Of a DNA stretch of 23,138 nt, positions 9,075 through 17,278 are shown one piece after another. The translations under genes were made by a program, and so were the position numbers. This DNA is from Thermoproteota archaeon (lineage in GTDB: Archaea; Asgardarchaeota; Jordiarchaeia; Jordiarchaeales; Freyrarchaeaceae), in the NCBI GenBank assembly GCA_029258835.1, contig JAPDJY010000014.1:1-23138 (forward strand). Reading direction: 5' to 3'. Every line of letters begins with the position of its first letter. Position 1 is the stretch's first letter. The notes under the pieces were generated by a model. The model was not told where the DNA came from. It did not search any database and was given only the letters and a program-made list of their open reading frames with translations.

Positions 9075-9719
9075 TCACTTTCCGGCCTTGCAATATCTTT
9101 TGATCGGGCACTCTTCGCATTTGGGATTCTGCGACCTGCAAATTCGTCTTCCAAATTCTATCAGTATCAGATGGGTTTTCGTTCTTTGTTCTGGTGGTAT
9201 CTCGGATTCAAGTTTCGCTCTCAAATTCTCGTAGTCATCTTTTTCATCGGCTACCCCCAACCTTTTCATTATTCTGAAAATGTGAACGTCAACTGGTAGA
9301 ACTTGTTCTCCCCTGACCGCCATTAGGAAGACATCCGCGGTTTTCGGCCCAATACCCTTTATTGCTATCAGTTTTTTCTTTGCCTCGTCATAGGGAAGAT
9401 TCAATATTTTGTTTAGGTTTCCACCGTATTTTTCAACCAAATCTTTGGCGATATTTTTGATTCTTCCGGCTCTGACCCTATATAAACCCGCCGGTTTAAT
9501 AACTTCTTCGATCTCTTTCGAGCTTGCCTTTGCCACATCTTCGATGCTATTAAACCTCTCAGCAAATCTTTCGGTGGCAGTTTTCACATTTTTCCAGTAC
9601 GTTCGCTGGGAAAGGATTATGCCAACCAGCGTTTCGAATGGAGTATACCTTTCCCACCACTCGTTAATTTCGTATTTCTCCGATAGAATCTCCACTATTT
9701 TTCGAAGTTTTGCCTTCAT
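9075..9719 (-). CDS. nth: Endonuclease III-family HhH-GPD DNA glycosylase with 4Fe-4S cluster
   Basis: ILSQRT, HhH motif KGIGPKTA, LPVDVH, and C-x6-C-x2-C-x5-C. Confidence 0.9.
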   Translation of the reverse strand: MKAKLRKIVEILSEKYEINEWWERYTPFETLVGIILSQRTYWKNVKTATERFAERFNSIEDVAKASSKEIEEVIKPAGLYRVRAGRIKNIAKDLVEKYGGNLNKILNLPYDEAKKKLIAIKGIGPKTADVFLMAVRGEQVLPVDVHIFRIMKRLGVADEKDDYENLRAKLESEIPPEQRTKTHLILIEFGRRICRSQNPKCEECPIKRYCKAGK

Positions 9720-9757
9720 GGCTCATCACTCGGCAACGCTTACTTTGCAAATGTATC

Positions 9758-10252
9758 TCATTTTACATTGCGCGCACCCCTTTTTTCCCCGAACTGGTTC
9801 ACAACCATTATCGCCAGGAAGCCGGTTAGACCTATTCCGCCGAGCACTAAAAATTCCCAGTGCAGAAACGTCGCAATGGGAATGGCAACGGTTGGAATAA
9901 CTGTCAATAAACCCCAAGTTAAGCCAGCAAGTTTCATTCCGAGTTCGTAATTGCCCGACTCCCCCTTGAACAGATGCGAACTCAATTTACCCCAGCCCGT
10001 GCCACATAACTTGTTGTAGTAATAGCAATGCGTGCATAGATGTTTCCTCAAAACGAATCCCAACATTATGACGGCAAATGGCGGATAAACAATGGAAATT
10101 ACCGGTAATCCGGCAAATCTCGATGCAGACATACCGTAAGCGGCGAATCCAAACCAGAGCAGTAGCAGAACATTTGTTAAAACAATTGCTGCCTTTGGAT
10201 AATTCTCCAACCCCTTTTTCGTATAATCTTTGTTTTTCCACGCTTCACACAT
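9758..10252 (-). CDS. Four-TM hypothetical membrane protein with CxxC-x6-C; C-terminus probably frameshifted (would otherwise end at 9726)
   Basis: Hydrophobic helices and LCTHCYYYNKLC. ATG 10252 overlaps the alkA end. The -1 frame continues KKGCAQCKMRYIC. Confidence 0.7.
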   Translation of the reverse strand: MCEAWKNKDYTKKGLENYPKAAIVLTNVLLLLWFGFAAYGMSASRFAGLPVISIVYPPFAVIMLGFVLRKHLCTHCYYYNKLCGTGWGKLSSHLFKGESGNYELGMKLAGLTWGLLTVIPTVAIPIATFLHWEFLVLGGIGLTGFLAIMVVNQFGEKRGARNVK

Positions 10253-11165
10253 CCTTCCTCTCTTCCATATTATAAGCACATATTAAATAATAAATTATCC
10301 AACCCTTGAACTCCCCCCATCTTTCCGTGAATTTTCTAACGGTGTCTCCGGATTGAAGTTTTCCGTCAAAGTAGAAATATGAAACCGCTTTTCTGGCTCC
10401 GAGGTCGTCGGGAACGCAGAGATCCATTCTTCCCAACGTCGTTATCAATATCAGCTCGGCAGTCCACCTTCCAATTCCCTTAAACTTCATCAACTCTTCA
10501 ATAGCTTCTTCGTTGTTCATCTTCCTGATTTTCTCCAAATCGTATCCATCGGCAACTTTCAGCGCGAGTTCTTTAATGTATCTGGATTTCTGACGGGACA
10601 ACTTACACTTTCTCAATTCGTTCTCATCCGCACTTGCCAATGCTCGTGGTGAAGGAAAATCATAATATGGTTCGCCATTAATTTCTATTTTCTCTCCAAA
10701 TCTCCTGACCAATGCCCCGGTTATGACATAGGCAACTTGCAAAGAAATCTGCTGCTGGATTATTACTCTAATCGCTCCCTCAAATATGCTCGCCCCGATT
10801 CCCGGAGGCCTCAAACCGTAAAGTTCGTTCTTCACCCTATGAAGTATTTTGTCTTGATCCATGAAATTATATAATCTACCAAGATCATCCCTTAGTCTAA
10901 AAATATCCGCTATTTTATCCGACAGATATCTCTTCTCTTTCGCATCGAGTTTGGAGGATGCGTTAACCCGCAACTTTGGCTTTTCTACGGTGCCAACGGA
11001 AGTGATCTTTACCGGAACCAATCTATCTCCAATTTTGAAAACCCTTCTCCAGATGCCATCTTTATAGATTTCTGGCTGCGGGTCCCTGGACGAAGAATAA
11101 AATTTCCATTGCAGATCAAAATTATAAGGTGGGGTTGGTAGGAGTTCGAATGAAGCTTTATCCAT
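10245..11165 (-). CDS. alkA: AlkA-like DNA-3-methyladenine glycosylase (HhH-GPD)
   Basis: IIQQQIS, FPSPRALA, KGIGRWTAE, PDDLG. ATG 11165 is preferred over GTG 11174 from TATA spacing. Confidence 0.85.
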   Translation of the reverse strand: MDKASFELLPTPPYNFDLQWKFYSSSRDPQPEIYKDGIWRRVFKIGDRLVPVKITSVGTVEKPKLRVNASSKLDAKEKRYLSDKIADIFRLRDDLGRLYNFMDQDKILHRVKNELYGLRPPGIGASIFEGAIRVIIQQQISLQVAYVITGALVRRFGEKIEINGEPYYDFPSPRALASADENELRKCKLSRQKSRYIKELALKVADGYDLEKIRKMNNEEAIEELMKFKGIGRWTAELILITTLGRMDLCVPDDLGARKAVSYFYFDGKLQSGDTVRKFTERWGEFKGWIIYYLICAYNMEERKDV

Positions 11166-11185
11166 GATGACCACTTAAATTCAAT

Positions 11186-11204
11186 TTATTTAATAATTTT
11201 TTCA
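11186..11204 (-). promoter_or_regulatory. Cassette-internal BRE/TATA promoter (leaderless alkA)
   Basis: Minus strand reads TGAAAAAATTATTAAATAA about 25 nt upstream of ATG 11165. Confidence 0.55.
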
Positions 11205-11254
11205 CACACCGCGTCAAATCAAAGTTTGAAAATAGCGAACCCTCGAAAAACTAC

Positions 11255-11290
11255 GCCTAACGCGTATTCCACGCACTTTTATTCGTATAA
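11255..11290 (-). other. attI-like site with core G|TTAGGC
   Basis: GTTRRRY core at 11261-11255, between the recombinase start and the cassette. It is complementary to the cassette's own R'' (ACGCCTAAC). Confidence 0.55.
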
Positions 11291-11310
11291 TCTCTCAAAT
11301 GGGAGTTAAA

Positions 11311-11326
11311 ACGAAATTTTATAAAG
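11311..11326 (+). promoter_or_regulatory. Putative BRE/TATA promoter of the recombinase gene
   Basis: ACGAAATTTTATAAAG about 25 nt upstream of ATG 11348. Confidence 0.5.
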
Positions 11327-11347
11327 CCAAAATTCATACGACTCCCT

Positions 11348-11958
11348 ATGGACTTGAATGTTAAAAGCTTACGCCGCAGGAACGATATGAGTTGATAGGA
11401 AGCTCATAGGAGAAATAAAGCTGAGGAGGTGTTCTCAGCAATTAGGCAAAGCTTACATCCCGGTTGTGGAAGGGTTTAAAATCTGGGAAAACGCCGAGAG
11501 AATTCTTGCTTTCTTATCAAAGCAGATCAGCCGTGAGAGGTGCTTACTTTGCTTTGAAGCCCTTCTATGAAAACGTGCTTAATGAGAAATTCGATGTGAA
11601 GCCGCCATTGGCTAGGAAGAGCCTGAGGCTACCATTGGTATTAAGCATATGAAATGTGCAGAATGGTTGAAGTAGCTACAGACATTAAGGTACAAGCTTG
11701 TTTGATGTTTCTTCGCTACGCCGGCCTCCGCTTGGATGAGGTTAGAAATCTGAAATGGCGGGACATAGACTAGAACTAGATTTATAGGGTATCATTCATG
11801 TTAAAACAGCTAAAGGGGAAAGGAGAAGGTTGTGCTCCTAATTCCAAAATAAAGACTAAACTAAATTTATGGTGCTAATGAAAAGGTCTGGTTTTCACGT
11901 CACGAAGAGGTAGAAAATACAAAGTAAGAGGACAATTCAGCAAATAGTGGAGAAATAG
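11348..11958 (+). pseudogene. Decayed, truncated tyrosine recombinase (IntI/Xer-like)
   Basis: Fragments read across frameshifts: EIKLRRCSQQLGKAY, ALKPFYENVL, RLPLVLS, YAGLRLDEVRNLKWRDID, IHVKTAKG, LVFTSRRG, RTIQQIVEK. The HxxR and catalytic Tyr region is missing. Confidence 0.85.
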
Positions 11959-11970
11959 CCAAGATATGCA

Positions 11971-12130
11971 GATGGTTGGTTCGTTTACTATAACTTCTTG
12001 AGGCCTCATCTGGGCAAGGTAAAACACCCGCTGAAGCTTGCGGAATTGATTTGAACATAGGAAAATGGTTGGGAAGATCTGATAAGAGAGGCTACTTATT
12101 ATCAAACCAAGTTGGACAGGGATTGTTTCC
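11971..12130 (+). pseudogene. C-terminal remnant of a DDE transposase (archaeal IS6-like)
   Basis: DGWFVYYNFLRPHLG, frameshift, GKTPAEACGIDL, frameshift, WEDLIREA. Confidence 0.7.
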
Positions 12131-12174
12131 ACGGAGGCGGGAATGCAAGTTCAATGATTTTTATTTTTCATCTT

Positions 12175-12199
12175 CACCAACGACAAGTTAACAGAGACC
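12175..12199 (-). repeat. Right terminal inverted repeat
   Basis: Reverse complement is GGTCTCTGTTAACTTGTCGTTGGTG. The inner 21 nt match the left repeat at 18 positions, with an 11-bp perfect core. Confidence 0.65.
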
Positions 12200-12507
12200 T
12201 TTTTCTGTTTTCTTTTGGGTGTTTTCGGTGTTTTTTCGACGTTTGTCGAGCTCTGAAAGGTATATATGTGATTGTTGTTTTCGCAATGGACGGGAGGTGT
12301 GATAAGAGTTTATTTCTGTTTTCCTTTTCTCGGTTTTATGAGGGTTTGTTTTTCTTTTTAGTTATTTTCTTCCTTGCTTGCATAATTTGTGCAGTGCGTG
12401 ATAGGATGAATGTTTCCTTGTTTCCGTGGTTGATTTTTGGTTGGTTTAGGGTTTAGAAGGTAGTAATGTTTTTATATTACTGGTTGGTATTACCACTGGG
12501 TGGTTAC

Positions 12508-12735
12508 ATGGGTTATGTTACCGTTTCGGCTAAGATTGATAGGGAGCTTTATGAGAAGGTGAAGAGGTTGGGGGTTCCTGTCAGTAGGGTTATTAGGAGG
12601 GCGTTGGAGGAGGAGGTTAGGGTGAGGGAGGAGGAGGAAGTTAGGGGGGCGTTGGGTAGGGCGCAGGAGATCTTGAGGAAGATTCCTTCTGAGGAGATGG
12701 TTGGCGTTGTGAGGGCTGGACGTGAGGAGAGATGA
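12508..12735 (+). CDS. vapB: Ribbon-helix-helix (CcdA/VapB-like) antitoxin
   Basis: MGYVTVSAKIDRELYEK..VSRVIRRALEEEV. ATGA overlap with the PIN gene. TATA-like TTTTATAT near 12470. Confidence 0.8.
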   Translation: MGYVTVSAKIDRELYEKVKRLGVPVSRVIRRALEEEVRVREEEEVRGALGRAQEILRKIPSEEMVGVVRAGREER

Positions 12736-13196
12736 GGCTGGTTTTTGACACTTCAGCGCTGTTGAACATGGTTAGGTTTCTCGGTTCAGACGCTGTGGAC
12801 TACCTTAGAGGAGGCTATATTCTGACGCTTACTCCCTACGAGGTCGGCAACGCGTTATGGAAGGAGGCGGCACTGCTGGGCAGGATATCCGTTGAGGAAG
12901 CGTTATCGCTGCTGGACTACGTCGCCAGCGTATATAAGCTTTTGAGCATTACCGCTCCACGCGACGCCTTGTTAACCTTAAAGCTGGCTTACGAGCTGAA
13001 CGTAACGTACTATGACGCCTCATACATAGTTGCGTCGCATGAGTTAAACGTTGGGCTGGTAACCGACGACGAGAAGCTGAAAAGAAAAATTCATGAGAAG
13101 ATGGGGGTTCTCACCAGAGTCCTCGGTAAAAGCGTAACCGTATACTCGACGAGGGAGCTAATAGAAAGCTATGGGCAGCCAGGCAGCACCTGCTAA
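12732..13196 (+). CDS. vapC: PIN-domain VapC toxin
   Basis: VFDTSAL, YEVGNALWK, TYYDASY, VTDD. Confidence 0.88.
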   Translation: MRLVFDTSALLNMVRFLGSDAVDYLRGGYILTLTPYEVGNALWKEAALLGRISVEEALSLLDYVASVYKLLSITAPRDALLTLKLAYELNVTYYDASYIVASHELNVGLVTDDEKLKRKIHEKMGVLTRVLGKSVTVYSTRELIESYGQPGSTC

Positions 13197-13433
13197 GCTA
13201 CTGCTCGACGAGGCGCTAAAAACGTTAGGAGTTAACTGGTGAAATGCTTAAGCTGATTGATTGTTTTCGGTGCTTAGTGGTGGCTGCCTCCTTCGCTTTG
13301 AAGAGGGGTTCAAGCGGTGGGATGCTGCTTGAGCCCGGGAGGGGCGGCTTTTTAAGGGGGGCTTTGGTGGGTGTGTGGTTGGCGTTGGGTGGACGGTAAC
13401 CTTTAAATTCTCGCCTTTACGCTTCGTTTTCTG

Positions 13434-13754
13434 GTGGTTTGGTTGGCTAGGTTTCTTGTTGTGAATAGGAAGGATAATGTTGCCGTCGCCGTTTCGGATA
13501 TACCGGCGGGGACTAAGGTTACTGTTGACGTTGGCGAGGGGAGCGTGGAGGTTGAGGTTAAGGATGACATACCCTTCGGGCACAAGTTTGCCCTTAGGGA
13601 CATAAACGTTGGGGAGGCTGTCGTCAAGTATGGGGAGGTCATCGGCGTGGCGAGCAAGCCTATAAAGGCGGGGGAACACGTGCACGTGCACAACGTGGTT
13701 AGCACCTTCGTCTGGAAGTCCATGAAGGAGGGTGGAAGGGTTGAGCGAGCTTGA
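13434..13754 (+). CDS. UxaA-family dehydratase small (SAF) subunit
   Basis: DNVAVA, IPFGHKFAL, KYGEVIG, GEHVHVHNV. The start may be TTG 13443. Confidence 0.85.
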   Translation: MVWLARFLVVNRKDNVAVAVSDIPAGTKVTVDVGEGSVEVEVKDDIPFGHKFALRDINVGEAVVKYGEVIGVASKPIKAGEHVHVHNVVSTFVWKSMKEGGRVERA

Positions 13755-14910
13755 GTTTATGGGTTACAGGAGGAGGGATGGAAGCGTCGGCGTGAGGAAC
13801 CACCTGCTCGTTGTTTCAACGGTTGCCTGCGCTAACCACGTTGCTAGGAGGATTGCCGAGCAGGTTGAGGGGGCTGTTTCCGTCACCCACCCCTACGGCT
13901 GTGGACACATAGGCGAGGACTTCTTAAGGGTTTTGGGGGTTCTCTCGGGTTTGGGCAGAAACCCTAATGTTTCAGGGGTTCTCGTCGTGGGGTTAGGGTG
14001 CGAGAACATGTCGGCGAGCATAGTTGCCGGTGAAATCGCTAAGTCAGGTAAACCAGTAGAGCAAATCAACATTCAAGATGAGGGAGGAAGCCTGAAGGCG
14101 ATCCAGAGGGGAGGAGAAATACTCCTTGACATGGCTGACGAGCTGCTGAGCGTGGAAAGGGAGCCGTGCGGCCTGAGCGAGCTGGTGCTTGGAACAGAGT
14201 GCGGCGGCTCCGACGCCACCTCAGGGCTAGCCTCAAACCCGGCCGTAGGGGTTGTAGCGGACATGGTTGTTGACGCCGGCGGAACGGTAATTCTCCCGGA
14301 GTCCTCCGAGTGGATAGGGGCTGAGCACATCCTGGCCTCACGGGCTGTTAACGATGACGTGGCGAGGAAATGCTACGAGGTCGTGGATTACTATGTTAAG
14401 AGGGCGATGGAGATGGGCATAGACTTCCGGGGTGCTCAGCCTACACCGGGTAACATCGCAGGGGGGATAACAACCATAGAGGAGAAGTCCCTCGGAGCCA
14501 TCTGTAAGGCTGGAAGCAGGCCTGTGCAGGGCGTCCTCGGCTACGGTGAGAAGCCGAAGGGGAAGGGGCTGCACCTTATGGATGAGCCGGGCTTCGACGT
14601 CGAATCCATAACGGGCCTCGCCGCGGCGGGGTGCCAGCTGATCCTCTTCACCACCGGTAGGGGGACGCCCGTCGGGAGCCCGGTGTCACCCGTCATAAAG
14701 GTGACAGCTAACAGGGAGACCTTCAACAAGATGCGCTGCGACATAGACGTGGACGTGAGCTCCATACTCGAAGGCGAAGAAACGATAGAGGAAGCTGGAA
14801 GGAGGATCCTGAGAGAGCTCTTAATGGTTGCGTCGGGTAAACCCACGAAGTCAGAGCTCATAGGAAACAGGGAGGTCGCAATATTAAGGGTGGCGAAGCG
14901 CATGTTCTAG
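13741..14910 (+). CDS. UxaA/GarD/SuyB-family dehydratase large subunit
   Basis: GYRRRDGSVGVRN, HPYGC, GLGCE, ECGGSD, PGNIAGGITTIEEKSLG, FTTGRG. TTG start after GGAGGGTGG. Confidence 0.9.
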   Translation: MSELEFMGYRRRDGSVGVRNHLLVVSTVACANHVARRIAEQVEGAVSVTHPYGCGHIGEDFLRVLGVLSGLGRNPNVSGVLVVGLGCENMSASIVAGEIAKSGKPVEQINIQDEGGSLKAIQRGGEILLDMADELLSVEREPCGLSELVLGTECGGSDATSGLASNPAVGVVADMVVDAGGTVILPESSEWIGAEHILASRAVNDDVARKCYEVVDYYVKRAMEMGIDFRGAQPTPGNIAGGITTIEEKSLGAICKAGSRPVQGVLGYGEKPKGKGLHLMDEPGFDVESITGLAAAGCQLILFTTGRGTPVGSPVSPVIKVTANRETFNKMRCDIDVDVSSILEGEETIEEAGRRILRELLMVASGKPTKSELIGNREVAILRVAKRMF

Positions 14911-15514
14911 GAAGCCGCAAGGGAGAAGCTGGTGAACGCGGCGTTGCAGCGTGGCGACGACTGGCTTCTTAAGGTGGGAGGCGGCTAAGCGTAAGTTAAG
15001 CAGGATGGTGGAGGATTCCTCCACTTAATCCCTCATGCAGGACCACGGAAAACTCCGAGAAGGCTGGTCGAAGCATCGTTCCCCCGCCATCGATGAAACC
15101 GGGAGGAGAAAACGTGCAGTCTTGACGTTATCCGCCGTTCAAGTAGTTGTAGATCTTTTAACTCTAACTTTCAACCTGCATGCTTCAGGCGCATAGTCGG
15201 CTTCAAAACCAGCATCAAGCCTCCTCCAGTACTTTTTTGATCGGTGACGCATGCAAATGTAAACGTCGATGGTCAACCCTACCGTGGAGCCAGGAAACAG
15301 TTAACGACTTAGCCAGTCCATTCATTATTCCTTCACTTATTCTCCAACTAGCAAGTAGTTTTGAATGGGGTTGAAATGCTAAGTCAGTCTACGCCTCGCC
15401 AACCATCGTTTTCTTCGTCTCTGCTGGGGAAGCTTACATATTCGCATCATCTTATGCGTGCGGGTTGGAAAGCCTTTTAACCCTTCATTTTCATGGTATT
15501 TTCCTGGGGTTCCG

Positions 15515-16264
15515 TTGAAGTGGCGTAGTCACATTGCGATAGCTAAAGCCCTGGCGGATAGGCTTGGCTTGGACGAGCGCTCGGGTAAGGCTTTGTCTGA
15601 TGGCTCAATAGACCCTGACAGGTACCCTGACTCCATTATTCGGGTTGGCAGAAGAGGGAGAGTCTACGCGTCCCGCGCCCCCCACCATAATCCGAGCATT
15701 AGGATAGTTATGAGGCACGTTTGGAATGCGAGGATGGCGTATTTAAAGGGGGATCGTGTCCGTGCGGCGAGAAGCCTGGGAAGGGCCCTCCACTACGTTC
15801 AAGACAAGAGCCTGTCTAAGGGATTCCTGGGGTTATCCCACGGCTCAAGGGAGGACGAAGTCGCCCTTCAAAAGGTTCCCCTTGAAGCAATCGATGACGG
15901 GATTTCATCGGCAGTCTGCTCCCCCCACTACGTTGAAAAAGTTATCAGGGAGGTTAAGCCTCAGAAGGAGGTAAGGGAGGTTATGAGGGAGGCATGCTGG
16001 GCGTCGGCCGCAATAGCTAAGGCTGTGCTTGGAATGAGAGATCCTCCCAAGGAGCTGCCATCCGCGTTGAGACACGCCAAAGAGAGATATTGGAAAAGAA
16101 CGATTCCTCTAGCCGCTACGGCGTCAATGGCATTCCTGCTGGCGGCGGCCATAACACGAAACCTCCTCCTAGCTCTAGGAGTCCTGTCAGGATACGTAAT
16201 CCAGCTACTAGACAGAAAATACCATTACTTAAAGAAGGAAGCTAAATGGTTCGGCATCAGCTAA
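15515..16264 (+). CDS. Zinc-dependent phospholipase C-like protein with C-terminal membrane segment
   Basis: N-terminal MKWRSH (TTG 15515), GSIDPD, PHH, LGRALHYVQD, H-x3-ED, and a hydrophobic tail. Confidence 0.7.
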   Translation: MKWRSHIAIAKALADRLGLDERSGKALSDGSIDPDRYPDSIIRVGRRGRVYASRAPHHNPSIRIVMRHVWNARMAYLKGDRVRAARSLGRALHYVQDKSLSKGFLGLSHGSREDEVALQKVPLEAIDDGISSAVCSPHYVEKVIREVKPQKEVREVMREACWASAAIAKAVLGMRDPPKELPSALRHAKERYWKRTIPLAATASMAFLLAAAITRNLLLALGVLSGYVIQLLDRKYHYLKKEAKWFGIS

Positions 16265-17278
16265 AGCATGCATCGCGGAGGGAAACGCCACACGCGAAAG
16301 AAGGAAGAGAAAACCCTCAATCCACCCTCCACGGTGAGAACAACATTCTCATCAGCCGCTCACCCAGAGATCAACCATGAAACATTAAGGGTAAACCAAC
16401 ACATCCTCCACCCGGCATCCACCATTCCACGCCGGGAAACAACCCCCACATCACTGGAAACACTACAAGACGTAGCCCTCCGGACGCCAGCAGTTACAAG
16501 CAACCACGAAGCCCCACCCAAGCCTCCCAACACCCATCCCCCCACCAACGTTACCCATACACTTCACGCAAAACGGTGAAGGAAGCGTGCAGGATCATAC
16601 ACGTGTAAAAAGATTTCCCCGGCTTCAACCGCGTCACCGCTACAAACTCTGGAGGAATATAGAGAAATATTGTGGGGTGGTTTGGGTGGAGTTCTCTTTT
16701 AGGGGGATGCCTTAAGGTGGGTTATGAGGGTTGTGGCTAGGAGGGGGTTAAACGGGGAGGGTGGTTTTTCGTTTGGATGTGTTAAACTGTGAGCGGTTTG
16801 ATTTCTTGGGGGTGTTGGGCTTGTCTGGCTTCGGCGTCTGTGTACGCTGCCAGTAAATGAGAGCTGGTGTTCATGTTCTGGCTGGGAGTCTTCGTGGGCT
16901 TTGGCGCTTGCACTTAGGTTGCACTTGCCACTGCGTGCTCCACTTTAGAGTGGTTGTATCGTATTTCTGCCATTGTTGAAGCCTTTAGTATGAAGGGTTT
17001 TTCATGGTTTCGCTGGTTTTAACTTCACGGGGGCTTGGAGGCCGGTTTCCCTCCATGTACGTTTAAGCGGGAGGGCCTTCTCACCTGATTTAAATTACGC
17101 AAAAGGCATGGTGTACTTTTGCATGTCTGATATCGTAGCCTTAAAACCTCGTAGAGGGAGAGGCTTGTTATTCTACATGTCTTAAAACGTGGAGGCTTTA
17201 ATAGAAAAATATTAAATGGTTTGTTTGACTATAAAGAATATAAATGTGTGAATTGGAGTAGCTTTTCATAACGGAGAG

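Larger units (their letters stand above)
8896..12199. mobile_element. Non-autonomous IS6-like element carrying an integron-like module
   Basis: AT-rich segment with imperfect terminal inverted repeats. A transposase C-terminal remnant lies next to the right end. Confidence 0.65.

Noticed and set aside
9777-9790. Programmed -1 frameshift at an A AAA AAG heptamer
   Set aside because: The run is not in the canonical X XXY YYZ phase of the zero frame, so an indel is simpler.
8891-12204. TTTTT target-site duplication
   Set aside because: It is present on both sides, but it is low complexity within T-rich tracts and shorter than the 8 bp typical of IS6. Not counted as evidence.
14911-15457. Possible gene remnants and the 64-aa ORF
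   Set aside because: No family motif could be recognised on either strand.
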